Made by a program: the position numbers and the translations under genes. Below are positions 46,693 to 57,766 of a stretch of 64,000 nucleotides of DNA, in pieces; within the stretch, counting starts at the first letter, position 1; every line of letters starts with the position of its first letter. The stretch is from Gammaproteobacteria bacterium (GTDB lineage Bacteria; Pseudomonadota; Gammaproteobacteria; UBA4575): positions 32,001 through 96,000 of the forward strand of contig CBDCTA010000004.1 in the NCBI GenBank assembly GCA_965221955.1, given 5' to 3'. Under the pieces are notes generated by a model. The model saw only the letters and a list, made by a program, of their open reading frames with translations, had not been told where the DNA came from and did no database searches.

Positions 46693-48828
46693 ATGAAATA
46701 TAAGTCTAACTTTAGCCGAATTTTTAAAGCGTTGGGTGTTTATGTGGTGTTTGTTGCATTCATATGTCAGCTCGCTCTAGCCGAAACAGGTGTAACACTT
46801 AATCTGAAGGATGCGGATATTCGTTCGTTCATTGAAACGGTAGCTGACGCCACTGGCCGAAATTTTGTAGTAGATCCCCGTGTAAAAGCAAAAGTAACCG
46901 TGGTGTCCGCACGGCCAATGAACCGTGAAGAAGTGTATCAAGTATTCCTCTCTGTATTACAGGTGCATGGTTATGCTGCAGTGCAAGTTGGAGAAATTAT
47001 TAAAATTCTCCCGGATGTAAATGCGAAACAAGGGCCTGTAGTTACTGGAAGCGGTAGCGCAGATGCAATCGGTGATGAGCTGGTAACGCGTGTGGTACCA
47101 ATTAAAAATGTTCCTGCGGCGCAAATGGTACCTATACTAAGACCTTTAGTACCGCAACAAGGTCATTTAGCTGCATATCCGAATAGCAATGTTTTAGTAG
47201 TTTCGGATCGTGCTGCAAACATTCAAAGATTAATTTCAATTATTAATCGTATTGACCGTCCAGATAGTCAAGAAATTGAAATTGTACCTCTTCAACATGC
47301 ATCTGCTGCAGAAGTCGTTCGGATTATTAACTCCATGAACCGTCAAGATGCTCAAGGTCAGGTCCCAGGTGGCACAACCCTCGCAGCGGATGAACGATCA
47401 AACAGTGTCTTACTTTCTGGTGATAATGCAGCACGTCTTAGAATCCGAGGCATCATTGCCCATCTCGACACGCCTTTACAAGGTGGTGGAAATTCGCAAG
47501 TTGTGTTTTTGAAATATGCTAAAGCTGCAGAGTTGGCCCCTATTCTACTTGGTGTTTCACAATTTGAAGCGCAGGAAGGTCAGCAAGGTGGAAATGCAGC
47601 CGCCGCTGTAAATGGCTCTAATGAAGTAGATATACAAGCAGATGAAACTAATAACGCATTAATTATCACGGCAGCTCCGGCTAAGTTTGATAGTTTAAGA
47701 AGAATTATTAGTCAACTTGATGTACGTCGTGCACAAGTGTTAGTAGAAGCAGTGATAGCAGAAGTTTCAACCAACCTTGCTAAAGATTTAGGTGTTGAAT
47801 TTGCTTATGTACCCACCGATCGATCCTCTGGTACAACGCCAGCTTTTGGAACTTTACTACCGAATAGCGGAATTGATTTAACAGGTGTTCTTGGTGGTGA
47901 TGCAGCTAATGCAATAACAGCGGTTACAAGTGGTGCATTTGTTGGTGCAGCTAAACTAAGTGGCAAAGATCGATTTGCTGCTTTAATACGTGCGCTTGAA
48001 GGAGATTCTGCTACAAATATTTTATCTACCCCTCAGTTAATGACGCTAGATAATGAAGAAGCAGAGATCGTTGTAGCGCAAAATGTTCCTTTCATTACAG
48101 GTCAGTTCACTAATACAGGTTCTGGAACCGATTCTGCAGTAAACCCATTTCAAACAATTGAACGTGAAGACGTAGGTATAACACTACGTATAACACCTCA
48201 AATCAATGAAGGTGATAGCGTTAAATTGGATATAGAAACAGAGTCATCTTCTATTTCAACTTCTGCAGTAGCCAGTGATCTCATCACAAATAAACGCTCA
48301 ATTAGCACTAGTGTTTTAGCTAAGGATCAGCAAACGATTGTACTAGGTGGTTTGATTGAAGATTCGTTTAGAGACAATGTGCAAAAAGTACCGTTATTGG
48401 GCGATATTCCTTTGTTAGGTCATTTGTTTAAAGCAACATCTACAACAAATGACAAACAAAACTTAATGGTATTTATACATCCGGTAATTGTTCGCGATGC
48501 TGCGACTGGTAGCTATGCTACAAACTCTAAGTATAGTTTCTTACGTGCTAAACAAATTGAATCTGAAATAAATGACCGTGGCCTAATTAAAAATGGCGCG
48601 AGTTTATTGCCTGACTTGGATGAATTGGTAACCCAAATTCCTGGTGGTGGAACAGCATCTTCTACATCAGCTGTTTCAATAGATCAATTACTACAACAAT
48701 CACCAGGTGTTGAAACTACTGCTGCTGAAGAATTATCCGATATAGCCGTAGAAGAAATTCAAGCTGAAGATTTGCCTGCTGAAAATATTTCTATTGAAAC
48801 GGATTCAGACGTAATTATTCTGGAATAA
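46693..48828 (+). CDS. gspD: T2SS secretin
   Basis: LNLKDADI..FI, DPRVK.KV, LDVRRAQV.VEA.I.EV, ILSTP.LMTLDNEEA, KVPLLGDIP.LG.LF. Confidence 0.95.
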   Translation: MKYKSNFSRIFKALGVYVVFVAFICQLALAETGVTLNLKDADIRSFIETVADATGRNFVVDPRVKAKVTVVSARPMNREEVYQVFLSVLQVHGYAAVQVGEIIKILPDVNAKQGPVVTGSGSADAIGDELVTRVVPIKNVPAAQMVPILRPLVPQQGHLAAYPNSNVLVVSDRAANIQRLISIINRIDRPDSQEIEIVPLQHASAAEVVRIINSMNRQDAQGQVPGGTTLAADERSNSVLLSGDNAARLRIRGIIAHLDTPLQGGGNSQVVFLKYAKAAELAPILLGVSQFEAQEGQQGGNAAAAVNGSNEVDIQADETNNALIITAAPAKFDSLRRIISQLDVRRAQVLVEAVIAEVSTNLAKDLGVEFAYVPTDRSSGTTPAFGTLLPNSGIDLTGVLGGDAANAITAVTSGAFVGAAKLSGKDRFAALIRALEGDSATNILSTPQLMTLDNEEAEIVVAQNVPFITGQFTNTGSGTDSAVNPFQTIEREDVGITLRITPQINEGDSVKLDIETESSSISTSAVASDLITNKRSISTSVLAKDQQTIVLGGLIEDSFRDNVQKVPLLGDIPLLGHLFKATSTTNDKQNLMVFIHPVIVRDAATGSYATNSKYSFLRAKQIESEINDRGLIKNGASLLPDLDELVTQIPGGGTASSTSAVSIDQLLQQSPGVETTAAEELSDIAVEEIQAEDLPAENISIETDSDVIILE

Positions 48829-48834
48829 TTCCAA

Positions 48835-50361
48835 ATGGAAACTGAAAAGGCACAACCTTCATTAGCACCGCGAGAAATTCGTAGACCGCCGTTTAGCTTT
48901 GCTAAACGCCATGGCATTTTAATTGGTAATGAAATTAATGGCCGTGTGATGATTTTTCAACGCCCCGATGTAAAACCACCTTCGTTAGCTGAAGCGCGGC
49001 GCTTTGTTGGCAAACCGTTAAATATTCGTACCCTCTCGGATGATGAATTCGATGAGCTATTAACACAACTCTATGATGATAGTGCTACGGGTACATTGGC
49101 TTTGATGGAAGGTTTTGAAGATGATCTTGATTTAGCCAGTCTTGCAGAAGCCTTGCCTGAGCCACAAGATTTGATGGATGCAGATGATGATGCACCGATT
49201 ATTCGTTTAATAAATGCATTGCTTACTCAAGCGGTTAAAGAAGGTGCATCAGATATACATATTGAAACGTTTGAATCTAGATTATCCGTACGTATGCGCG
49301 TAGATGGTGTATTGCGTGAAGTGCTACAACCGCCCCGCAATTTAGGTGCGCTTGTTGTTTCACGTATTAAAGTGATGGCTGCGTTAGATATTGCAGAAAA
49401 ACGTTTACCGCAAGATGGACGTATATCTTTGCGAATAGCAGGCCGACCTGTAGATGTACGTGTTTCCACCCTTCCCTCTGGACATGGCGAACGTGTCGTA
49501 TTGCGTTTATTAGATAAGCAAGCGGGACGGCTAGATTTAGAACACTTAGGCTTGCACCCAGATCTTCATGATAAAATTAAACAAGCCATTGAAAAGCCTC
49601 ATGGCATTGTTTTAGTTACGGGTCCAACTGGTTCAGGTAAAACCACCACCTTATACGCTGCATTAAGCGAAATTAACGATAAGAAACGCAATATTCTTAC
49701 CGTTGAAGATCCAATTGAATATTTCATTGATGGCATTGGACAAACACAAGTCAATGGCAAAGTGGACATGACCTTTGCACGTGGTTTACGCGCCATTCTT
49801 CGTCAAGACCCTGATGTGGTGATGGTTGGTGAGATTCGTGACTTAGAAACTGCATCCATTGCAGTACAAGCTAGTTTGACAGGCCATATGGTGTTCTCTA
49901 CTTTGCATACCAACACTGCAGTAGGTGCTATTACACGTATGCGTGATATGGGTGTCGAACCTTTCTTGCTCGCATCTAGTTTGGTCGCAGTATTAGCACA
50001 ACGTTTAGTACGCGTTTTGTGCGAGGAATGCAAAGTTTCACATATCGCAAATGACGTTGAGCTAAAACAATTACGGTCGGATGGTAAAGATTTTAACCAG
50101 TCACCTAATATTTACTCACCTGGTTCTTGTAGCGCGTGTAACGGTACAGGTTATGCAGGTAGAACCGGTATTTACGAACTTGTCACGATTGATGAAAACA
50201 TGCGGCGCATGATTCATGATATTGGTGCTGAACAAGAACTAGAAAAATACGCACACCAACATACGGCGAGCATCCGTCAAGATGGAATTCGCTTAGTGCT
50301 TGAGGGAGTAACCACACTTGAAGAAGTCATGCGCGTGACTAAAGAAGATGTTGAATACTAA
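48835..50361 (+). CDS. gspE: T2SS ATPase
   Basis: [45 protein letters not shown], tetracysteine motif. Confidence 0.96.
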   Translation: METEKAQPSLAPREIRRPPFSFAKRHGILIGNEINGRVMIFQRPDVKPPSLAEARRFVGKPLNIRTLSDDEFDELLTQLYDDSATGTLALMEGFEDDLDLASLAEALPEPQDLMDADDDAPIIRLINALLTQAVKEGASDIHIETFESRLSVRMRVDGVLREVLQPPRNLGALVVSRIKVMAALDIAEKRLPQDGRISLRIAGRPVDVRVSTLPSGHGERVVLRLLDKQAGRLDLEHLGLHPDLHDKIKQAIEKPHGIVLVTGPTGSGKTTTLYAALSEINDKKRNILTVEDPIEYFIDGIGQTQVNGKVDMTFARGLRAILRQDPDVVMVGEIRDLETASIAVQASLTGHMVFSTLHTNTAVGAITRMRDMGVEPFLLASSLVAVLAQRLVRVLCEECKVSHIANDVELKQLRSDGKDFNQSPNIYSPGSCSACNGTGYAGRTGIYELVTIDENMRRMIHDIGAEQELEKYAHQHTASIRQDGIRLVLEGVTTLEEVMRVTKEDVEY

Positions 50362-50375
50362 ACCTCGAGCAATTT

Positions 50376-51593
50376 ATGCCTGCATTTGAATATACAGCAT
50401 TAGATACAGCTGGTCGTGAAAAACGCGGGGTTATTGAAGGCGATAGTCCACGAGCGGCACGACAGCAGTTACGTTCAAAAGGATTTGATCCTCTCGCAAT
50501 CAATCAAGTTAAAGATCGTAAAGAGAAATCTGCAGTAAAGGGGTTATTTTCTCGCGGTTTTAGTTCTACAGATCTTGCTTTATTTACACGTCAGTTATCT
50601 ACACTTGTACGTTCAGGCACACCGCTAGAAGAATCTTTACGTACAGTAGGAAACCATACTGAAAAACCTCGAGTTAAACGCACTATTATGGGTGTGAGAT
50701 CGCGTGTAACAGAAGGTTATTCATTGGAAAAAGCCATGGGTGAATTTCCTTCCGCATTTCCTGAAATGTACCGAGCCACCATTGCCGCAGGTGAAAAGTC
50801 AGGACATTTGGATGCAGTGCTAGATCGACTTGCAGATTACACAGAAACGAAACAAGAAACTACACAAAGTGTTGTGGGAGCTTTGGTCTACCCTATCGCG
50901 TTATTATTTATCGCAATTAGTGTAGTCGTCCTATTAGTTGTTGTCGTAGTGCCCAAAGTGGTTGGAATTTTTGCAGATTTGGGACAAGAATTACCATTAC
51001 TTACTCGCATTTTAATATCTTTTAGTAATTTTCTTGCTGCGTATGGAATTTATATACTCATTGCCATTATTGTTGGCGCGATTGCCTTTAGCCGCGCAAT
51101 GCGTAGCGAAATGTTCAAACAAAAAATGCATAAAATCTTTCTTGGCTTACCTATAGTGGGCAAGCTTACAAGAGGTGTAAATACTGCACGCTTTTCACGA
51201 ACTTTGAGCATTATGACTGCATCAGGTGTGCCTGTCTTAGATTCATTACGAATTGCCGCTGAAGTCATTATGAACCGTCCTATGCGGCAAGCCGTACAAG
51301 AAGCTGCGGTAAGTATTAGCGAAGGCGCAACCATACATTCCTCACTAGAACGTTCAGGGCATTTTCCGCCAATGACCTTGCACTTAATTGCCAGTGGTGA
51401 ACAAAGTGGTAATTTAGAAGAAATGTTAGACCGAGCTGCATCTCAGCAAGAGCGTGAATTGAATACTGTAATTAATACGACATTAAAATTACTTGAGCCT
51501 TTAATTATTGTAGGTATGGGTATTTTGGTATTAGGGATCGTGATGGCGATCTTAATGCCTATCTTTAATCTCAACCAATTAGTGGGACAATAG
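50376..51593 (+). CDS. gspF: T2SS inner-membrane protein F
   Basis: FTRQL.TL...G, AGEKSGHLD.VL.RLADY, GEQSG.LEEML, LLEP. Confidence 0.95.
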   Translation: MPAFEYTALDTAGREKRGVIEGDSPRAARQQLRSKGFDPLAINQVKDRKEKSAVKGLFSRGFSSTDLALFTRQLSTLVRSGTPLEESLRTVGNHTEKPRVKRTIMGVRSRVTEGYSLEKAMGEFPSAFPEMYRATIAAGEKSGHLDAVLDRLADYTETKQETTQSVVGALVYPIALLFIAISVVVLLVVVVVPKVVGIFADLGQELPLLTRILISFSNFLAAYGIYILIAIIVGAIAFSRAMRSEMFKQKMHKIFLGLPIVGKLTRGVNTARFSRTLSIMTASGVPVLDSLRIAAEVIMNRPMRQAVQEAAVSISEGATIHSSLERSGHFPPMTLHLIASGEQSGNLEEMLDRAASQQERELNTVINTTLKLLEPLIIVGMGILVLGIVMAILMPIFNLNQLVGQ

Positions 51594-51822
51594 TCGAGTG
51601 TTTTTAAAGCTAACTTACATTAAAAAATATTCTTAAGATCATGAAAAATATAAAACTATTAAATAATTTTCCTCATCGATCATGAGAACATCAGCACCGA
51701 TTATCTGTCTAAATTGACCGACAAAACTATCAATTCAATCTCGCTTACTACGGTTCTTGATACAATTTTATTATATTTACCCTTAATAATCAGCGAGTTA
51801 ATAAATGAGAGAGTGATTACAA

Positions 51823-52281
51823 ATGAAAAAACTCAAAAACTTTCAAAATAATAAAAGCCAGCGAGTGAAGGGCTTTACATTAATCGAGATCATCGTCGTG
51901 GTGGTCATTATTGGTTTATTAGCTGCAGTGATTGCCCCAAATATTTTTGGGCAAGTTGAAGAAGCACGTGTAAAGAAAGCATTAAGCGATATCCGTGCGA
52001 TTGAATCTGCTTTAAATCTTTATCGTTTAGATAATTTTAACTACCCCACAACAGAGCAAGGCATTCAAGCATTGGTCACTAAACCAAGCGGAGGTCCAGA
52101 AGCAAAGAATTGGCGTAAAGGTGGTTACTTACCTAGATTGCCTTTGGACCCTTGGGGTAGCGAATATCAGTATGCGAGCCCTGGCACCAGCGGTGAAATC
52201 GATTTATTTACTTTTGGTGCGGATGGCAAGCTAGGCGGCGAAGAAAACAATAAAGATTTATCTTTGGCAGATTTGAGATAA
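51823..52281 (+). CDS. gspG: Major pseudopilin
   Basis: GFTLIE, YRLDN..YPTTEQG..ALV, LP.DPWG..YQY..PG, GADG..GGE. Confidence 0.96.
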   Translation: MKKLKNFQNNKSQRVKGFTLIEIIVVVVIIGLLAAVIAPNIFGQVEEARVKKALSDIRAIESALNLYRLDNFNYPTTEQGIQALVTKPSGGPEAKNWRKGGYLPRLPLDPWGSEYQYASPGTSGEIDLFTFGADGKLGGEENNKDLSLADLR

Positions 52282-52290
52282 AAATTCTAA

Positions 52291-52890
52291 ATGCATAGCT
52301 TGGCAATAAATATGTTTTTACCTATAAATAAATTAGTTGAGCGTAATTGGAAAACAGGTACTTCTATAAAGAAAAATATTGCAGGTTTTACATTAATTGA
52401 ACTACTGGCTGTATTGCTAATTATTGGAATCGCTGTTTCTGCTGCCACACTTGCTTTTGGGGATAATCAAGCTGAGCGTATGGGTCGAAAATCTCAACAG
52501 CTTGCCGCATTGATTGATTTAGCAAAAGAACAAGCTATTTTTAATTCACAAGAGTTAGGCCTTTTGTTTACAGAAAATAGTTACTCTTTTTATACCTTGG
52601 TTTCAAGTATAGATAAGGAAAAACAAGAAAAGCTAAGTTGGGTGCTTATAGAACAAGATAAAGTATTAACAAAACGCACATTACCAGAAGGATTAGAATA
52701 CGAGCTTTTTCTTGAAGGTGTGAAAGTAAATTTTTCGGCAGCTAAGTTAAAAGATATTACCCCACATGTTTTCGTACTCTCCGATGGCACAGTAAGTCCT
52801 TTTGAGTTAAAGCTTACCGACCATATTGATCATACATTTAATATGAAATTTTCTGGTAATGGCGAGTATGAAATCGCTGAGCTTAATTAA
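52291..52890 (+). CDS. gspH: Minor pseudopilin H
   Basis: GFTLIELL prepilin motif, position after gspG, SDG..SPFEL; start uncertain. Confidence 0.85.
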   Translation: MHSLAINMFLPINKLVERNWKTGTSIKKNIAGFTLIELLAVLLIIGIAVSAATLAFGDNQAERMGRKSQQLAALIDLAKEQAIFNSQELGLLFTENSYSFYTLVSSIDKEKQEKLSWVLIEQDKVLTKRTLPEGLEYELFLEGVKVNFSAAKLKDITPHVFVLSDGTVSPFELKLTDHIDHTFNMKFSGNGEYEIAELN

Positions 52891-52893
52891 GTA

Positions 52894-53274
52894 ATGTTAC
52901 TTTTTCGAAGACACAAAGGATTTACTCTAGTAGAAGTTATGGTCGCTGTTGCCGTAATCGGGCTAGGTTTAGCGGCTGTGATTAAAACTGTGACTTCTAC
53001 AACGAATAACACAATTTATTTACGTGATAAAACATTTGCTTATTGGGTGGCACAAAATCAATTAGCTGAATTGGAAATCATCTCTGCAAAACCAAAAACT
53101 GGATTTACGGATGGTGAAGAAATGTTGGCCGGTTTAACCTGGCATTGGACGAGAAAAGTAGAAGGTACTGAAGACCCAGATACGAGTCGCGTGGAGATTA
53201 CTGTAAGAAAGGATAAAGACAAAAGCGCTCAAAACTATGCAACATTAATCACTTTGCTTTTTAACCCAAAATAG
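52894..53274 (+). CDS. gspI: Minor pseudopilin I
   Basis: GFTLVEVMVA, LRDKT.A.WVAQN.L.E. Confidence 0.9.
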   Translation: MLLFRRHKGFTLVEVMVAVAVIGLGLAAVIKTVTSTTNNTIYLRDKTFAYWVAQNQLAELEIISAKPKTGFTDGEEMLAGLTWHWTRKVEGTEDPDTSRVEITVRKDKDKSAQNYATLITLLFNPK

Positions 53275-53278
53275 AGCT

Positions 53279-53899
53279 ATGCATACACAAGACTATAGAT
53301 TTAAGCAACCCGGATTTACTTTGATAGAGGTCATGGTGGCTATCTTTGTTTTCAGTGTAATGTCCGTATTCGCATATGGTGGCTTGAATCAGGTGCTAAA
53401 AGGCCAGAATTACTTGCAAAGCTCTTCAGATCAACTAAAAGATTTACAACTTACCTTCCGCTATTTTGAAAAAGATATTAATCAATTAATCAATCGTGCT
53501 ATTCGTAATCAATATGCAGATCTGCAGCCGGCTTTTGTAGGCGATGAAGACAAAGCATTAAGCTTTACCCATGCAGGCTGGCGTAACCCTGCCAATTTAG
53601 TACGTAGCAAATTGCAACGTGTTACTTATGAACTGTCAGAAAATACATTAAAGCGTTATACCTGGGGTCAACTTGACGGCGCTATCGCAGAAGACTATTT
53701 CACTACAAACTTAATCAATGGTGTCGAATCCATTAAGCTGCGATATTTAGACGCAAATAACCAGTGGCATGCTACATGGCCACCTTTAAATAGTAATAGT
53801 TTTCAGCAAGTCGGCATTCCTCGTGCAATGGAGCTCACTATAAAGGTTGAACAAATGGAAGAAGTTAGGCGACTATTCTCTGCACCAGCTGCTTCATAG
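53279..53899 (+). CDS. gspJ: Minor pseudopilin J
   Basis: GFTLIEV, GWRNP....RS.LQRV.Y, W...WP, P.A.E. Confidence 0.9.
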   Translation: MHTQDYRFKQPGFTLIEVMVAIFVFSVMSVFAYGGLNQVLKGQNYLQSSSDQLKDLQLTFRYFEKDINQLINRAIRNQYADLQPAFVGDEDKALSFTHAGWRNPANLVRSKLQRVTYELSENTLKRYTWGQLDGAIAEDYFTTNLINGVESIKLRYLDANNQWHATWPPLNSNSFQQVGIPRAMELTIKVEQMEEVRRLFSAPAAS

Positions 53900-53907
53900 A
53901 GAACATC

Positions 53908-54864
53908 GTGATGAAGAGTAAAATAAATAAACAATCTGGAGTAGCTTTAATTACGGCTGTACTCATCATTGCATTAGCTGTAACAGCGGCTGTTACGATT
54001 GCAACGAACTATCAATTAAATTTTCATCGAACAGAAAATACATTCAATAGTGGGCAAGCATGGGCCTATGCTAAAGGCGCGGAAGAATGGGCCATGGCAA
54101 TCCTTGCGAGAGATCAAAAAGATAATACGCACGATGCTTATGACGTAGATAATGCTTGGTGGAATAACGGTGAGCCTTTAGTATTTCCACTGCCTAATGG
54201 TTTTATTGAAGGCCAATTAGAAGATGCTCAAGGAAAGCTAAATGTTAATTTACTAATGGATGGGAGATAAACCCGATCCACTTGTACGTAAGACATTTGA
54301 GATTCTATTTACAAATTTAAATATTAATCCAGGCTTAGTGTGTGCCATCATTGACTGGATTGATGCAGATGTAAACCCAGCCTGCCCTGATGGCGCTGAA
54401 GTTGATATCTATACAGGTTTAGAAGTGCCCTACTTGCCCTCTGACCAACCTATGCAAGATATTTCTGAACTACGATTAGTGCATGGCATCACAGATGATA
54501 TTTATACGAGTTTACTCCCTCATTTAACTGCATTGCCTGACAATAATGCTGTGTTAAACCTCAATACAGCCTCTGCACAAGTTCTAGAAAGTCTAGGGAA
54601 AAATATTTCGCCAGGCACTGGAGAAGAATTAGTAGAATATAGATCAGATAAGCCATTTAAAAATATAAATGATATTGAGAGCCATCCCTCAATGAGCGCA
54701 CAAATGGTGCAAAAATTGAATTTCCTAAGTATGGTTTTGCTACAAATCATTTTTTACTCAATACAAAATGCGTAATCGGTAAAAGCCAAGTAAGAATGGT
54801 AAGTACCATCTATCGTGGCGGTGGTAATAATTTGCAAGTGATTAAGCGTAGTCAAAAAATTTAA
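53908..54864 (+). pseudogene. gspK: gspK split by two apparent frameshifts (about 54262 and 54697); sequencing error or pseudogene
   Basis: Piece 1 GVALITAVL...DAQGKLNVN; piece 2 IIDWIDAD...SELRLV.G...LNLNTA; piece 3 in another frame ...ATNHFLLNTKCVIGKSQVRMVSTIYRGGGNNLQVIKRSQKI* ending at 54864. Confidence 0.8.
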
Positions 54865-54890
54865 AGAGAGTCGAAAAAGAGAGAAGATAA

Positions 54891-56144
54891 ATGGAAGAAA
54901 CTGTAATCATATATATTCAAAGTGATTTACTTGAAAATCTTGATATTGAGGACTCTCATTTTGTTAAGTGGATTAAGCTTGATGAAGAAGGTGTTCCAAT
55001 CACTAGAGGTGCGGAAGCACGATTAGAACAAGTCTCTTCTGTTACACAGAATGCAAATGTAATTGTGTTGTTACCTCTTGAGCAGATGCTACTCACTAGC
55101 GTTAACACACGTGCACGTAAACAAAAGCATTTACAAAAAGCAGTGCCTTTTGCGCTTGAAGATGAATTAGCGGATGACGTAGAAAATTTACATTTTGCAT
55201 TAGGACAACGCTATGGGGAAAATGACTTTCCTGTAGCTGTCATTGATAAACACACCTTAGATGTCATTATTGACGAACTTTCTGAAGCGGGTATCTATCC
55301 AGATATCATTACCGCAGATGTGTTTGGCTTACCTTTCAGAGAAGGTACTTGGACGCTATTAATTGAAAATGAACGCGCATTAGTGCGCACCCATCAGTAT
55401 CAAGGTTTCACCATTGATCTGCATAATTTGCAGCAAATGTTGACTTCTTCTTTGCGACAGGCAGAAGTGACCCCCGCAGAACTAAATGTTTATTGCTGTG
55501 ATGACCAACAAATAGGGATCAAGAAACTTAACTTACCCATTAGCACGAATGAATTAGATGATTGTCCTCCTAGTTTATTTGCCGATGGTTTAAATGAGAA
55601 CGAATGCATTAACTTATTGCAAACAAGTTATAAGAAAAAAGATAAAAAACATCGTCAATTTAGTGCCTGGAAAGTAGCAGCAATGTTATTTGGTGCTTGG
55701 TTAGCATTATCATTTGTATCTGTGTTTCTTGATCATGCTCGACTTAACAAACAAGAAAAAAACCTGAATAAACAAATTGTGCAAATCACCAAACAGATAT
55801 TTCCAGACATGCAAAATGTTACAGCTGATAGCGCACGCACAAAGATGGAAGCACGGCTTAAAAATTTCATGGATACGGCTAGTTCTCAGTCCAAGGCTGG
55901 GTTCATGGAACTCCTTGCAATGAGTGGAGAATCCATGAAACAAGCAGGAAAAGTTGATATCGATACGCTCAGTTATCGTGAAGGTAAATTAAATATGAGT
56001 GTTAAATCCTCTGATATACAAGTGCTTGATACCGTTAAACAAACTCTTAAGGGCAAGAACTACGCTACAGATATTCAGTCTGCTAATACGCAAGGTAACA
56101 CTATTGAAGCCAAGTTGGTGGTTGCTAAAGGAGAATTGAAATGA
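54891..56144 (+). CDS. gspL: T2SS protein L
   Basis: AVPFALEDELADDVE.LHFA, INLLQ..Y, one TM, cluster position. Confidence 0.9.
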   Translation: MEETVIIYIQSDLLENLDIEDSHFVKWIKLDEEGVPITRGAEARLEQVSSVTQNANVIVLLPLEQMLLTSVNTRARKQKHLQKAVPFALEDELADDVENLHFALGQRYGENDFPVAVIDKHTLDVIIDELSEAGIYPDIITADVFGLPFREGTWTLLIENERALVRTHQYQGFTIDLHNLQQMLTSSLRQAEVTPAELNVYCCDDQQIGIKKLNLPISTNELDDCPPSLFADGLNENECINLLQTSYKKKDKKHRQFSAWKVAAMLFGAWLALSFVSVFLDHARLNKQEKNLNKQIVQITKQIFPDMQNVTADSARTKMEARLKNFMDTASSQSKAGFMELLAMSGESMKQAGKVDIDTLSYREGKLNMSVKSSDIQVLDTVKQTLKGKNYATDIQSANTQGNTIEAKLVVAKGELK

Positions 56145-56626
56145 AAGATTGGTGGGAAACTCTTCAATTACGTGAGCGCTATATGGTGTTCGCAGCAGCA
56201 GTTTTAGTAAGCCTTGCGATACTCTACTTTGCAATATGGTCACCTATCACATCAAGCCGTGACAATAAACAAACTAGAGTCGAAGCTAAACGTGAAACCG
56301 TTACTTGGATGATGCAGAAGAAACAAGAAGTTGAGCACCTTAAACGCATTAACCCAAATATGTTCAACAGAACAAATGATAATCGTTCTTTGTTAGCAGT
56401 GGTGGATACGGGTGCGAAGCAAATGGGCATACGTCCTGCAATTACGAGAATTGAACCTAAAGGCGAAGATAGTGTACAACTTTGGTTAGAAAACATTGCA
56501 TTTGATTATCTAATTGTATTATTAGGTGAACTAGAGCGTAGAAATAATATTGAGGTTGCTAATGCAGCTTTTAATCGTTCAGAGCAGATCGGAAAAGTAA
56601 GTGGAAAAGTTACGCTAATTAGATAA
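56141..56626 (+). CDS. gspM: T2SS protein M
   Basis: WW..L..RER, TM, W.P, SL..VVD, VQLWLE...FD.L...L..L. Confidence 0.9.
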   Translation: MKDWWETLQLRERYMVFAAAVLVSLAILYFAIWSPITSSRDNKQTRVEAKRETVTWMMQKKQEVEHLKRINPNMFNRTNDNRSLLAVVDTGAKQMGIRPAITRIEPKGEDSVQLWLENIAFDYLIVLLGELERRNNIEVANAAFNRSEQIGKVSGKVTLIR

Positions 56627-56663
56627 ATTTGTCTGATTGAGTGCACTTATACAGTAATTTCAA

Positions 56664-57404
56664 ATGAAAATTTTCTTTAAGTTTTTTCTAGGTTTAATAA
56701 TCTTTATAGGCGCTGTGGCCTATTTTGCACCTGCTTCAATTATTGAGAAATATTTGCCTAGCAATATTTCAACAGCTGGAATGGGTGGAACCTTATGGAA
56801 CGGGAATGTGCAAAATATTGTTATTGATAGAATCGGCTTGCAAAATGCTAAGTGGTCAGCCAACCCTCTTAGTTTACTAACAGGCAAAGTGAGTGCTGAT
56901 GTATCGATTAATTCAAACAATCTTAAAGGTGATTTCGAGACTACAGTTGCAAGCTCTGAAGTTGTCAGTGAAAACATAAATTTAAATGGAGAATTAACTT
57001 TATTAAGCCCCTACTTCGAAAAACTGGGTCTAACAATAAGTGGTCAATTTGATGCTAAATTCGATAATTTGCACATTAAAAACGGCATTCCACATGATGC
57101 TAATGGCACGTTAAATACTTACAACACCAGCATACTTGGTTTTATTCCTTTGAATTTAGGTGAAGTGAATAGTGTATTTGCCCCTCAAGATAATGGTATT
57201 CAAGTATCTTTAGTAAATCAGAATGGTGAGTTAGATGTAAACGGAGTCATTAATATTGCTAACAATGGTGTCTATAACGCTGACTTAACCCTATCTAGAA
57301 ATTCTCGCACCCCCGATAATGTCTTAAAAACGGTTGAGATGATTGGCAATAAAATAAGCGAAGATACGATTAAAGTACTTCATCAAGGACAATTGAGAAT
57401 CTAG
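56664..57404 (+). CDS. gspN: T2SS protein N
   Basis: APAS, GTLWNG, W...PLSLLTG; last gene of the cluster. Confidence 0.85.
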   Translation: MKIFFKFFLGLIIFIGAVAYFAPASIIEKYLPSNISTAGMGGTLWNGNVQNIVIDRIGLQNAKWSANPLSLLTGKVSADVSINSNNLKGDFETTVASSEVVSENINLNGELTLLSPYFEKLGLTISGQFDAKFDNLHIKNGIPHDANGTLNTYNTSILGFIPLNLGEVNSVFAPQDNGIQVSLVNQNGELDVNGVINIANNGVYNADLTLSRNSRTPDNVLKTVEMIGNKISEDTIKVLHQGQLRI

Positions 57405-57407
57405 CTG

Positions 57408-57632
57408 TTAATTTTCATTTTCAGTCTTGTAATTAAACAAGACCTTAAATATTGAATTTTTAACACTCCACTCTTTAACAACTATATTTGAAATGCGTCG
57501 TTCAGGAATTGTGCGGCGATCGTTACGTATACATGTGCCTTGTGTAGTGATAATAGGAAATTGACTAGCGGACCCAGTGCTACGCCTATCTTGCTTGTTT
57601 CGTCGGTCATTAATGATTGGGTTTGCTGGCAT
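57408..57632 (-). CDS. Small hypothetical protein with DRR/ERR motifs
   Basis: DRRNKQDRR...DRRTIPERR; immediately downstream of tRNA-Ala. Confidence 0.5.
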   Translation of the reverse strand: MPANPIINDRRNKQDRRSTGSASQFPIITTQGTCIRNDRRTIPERRISNIVVKEWSVKNSIFKVLFNYKTENEN

Positions 57633-57666
57633 CGCTTTATTATAAACAAATAATGGTCGATAAGTT

Positions 57667-57742
<76 letters not shown>

Positions 57743-57766
57743 AAATTATCTATTTATAATGGCAAT

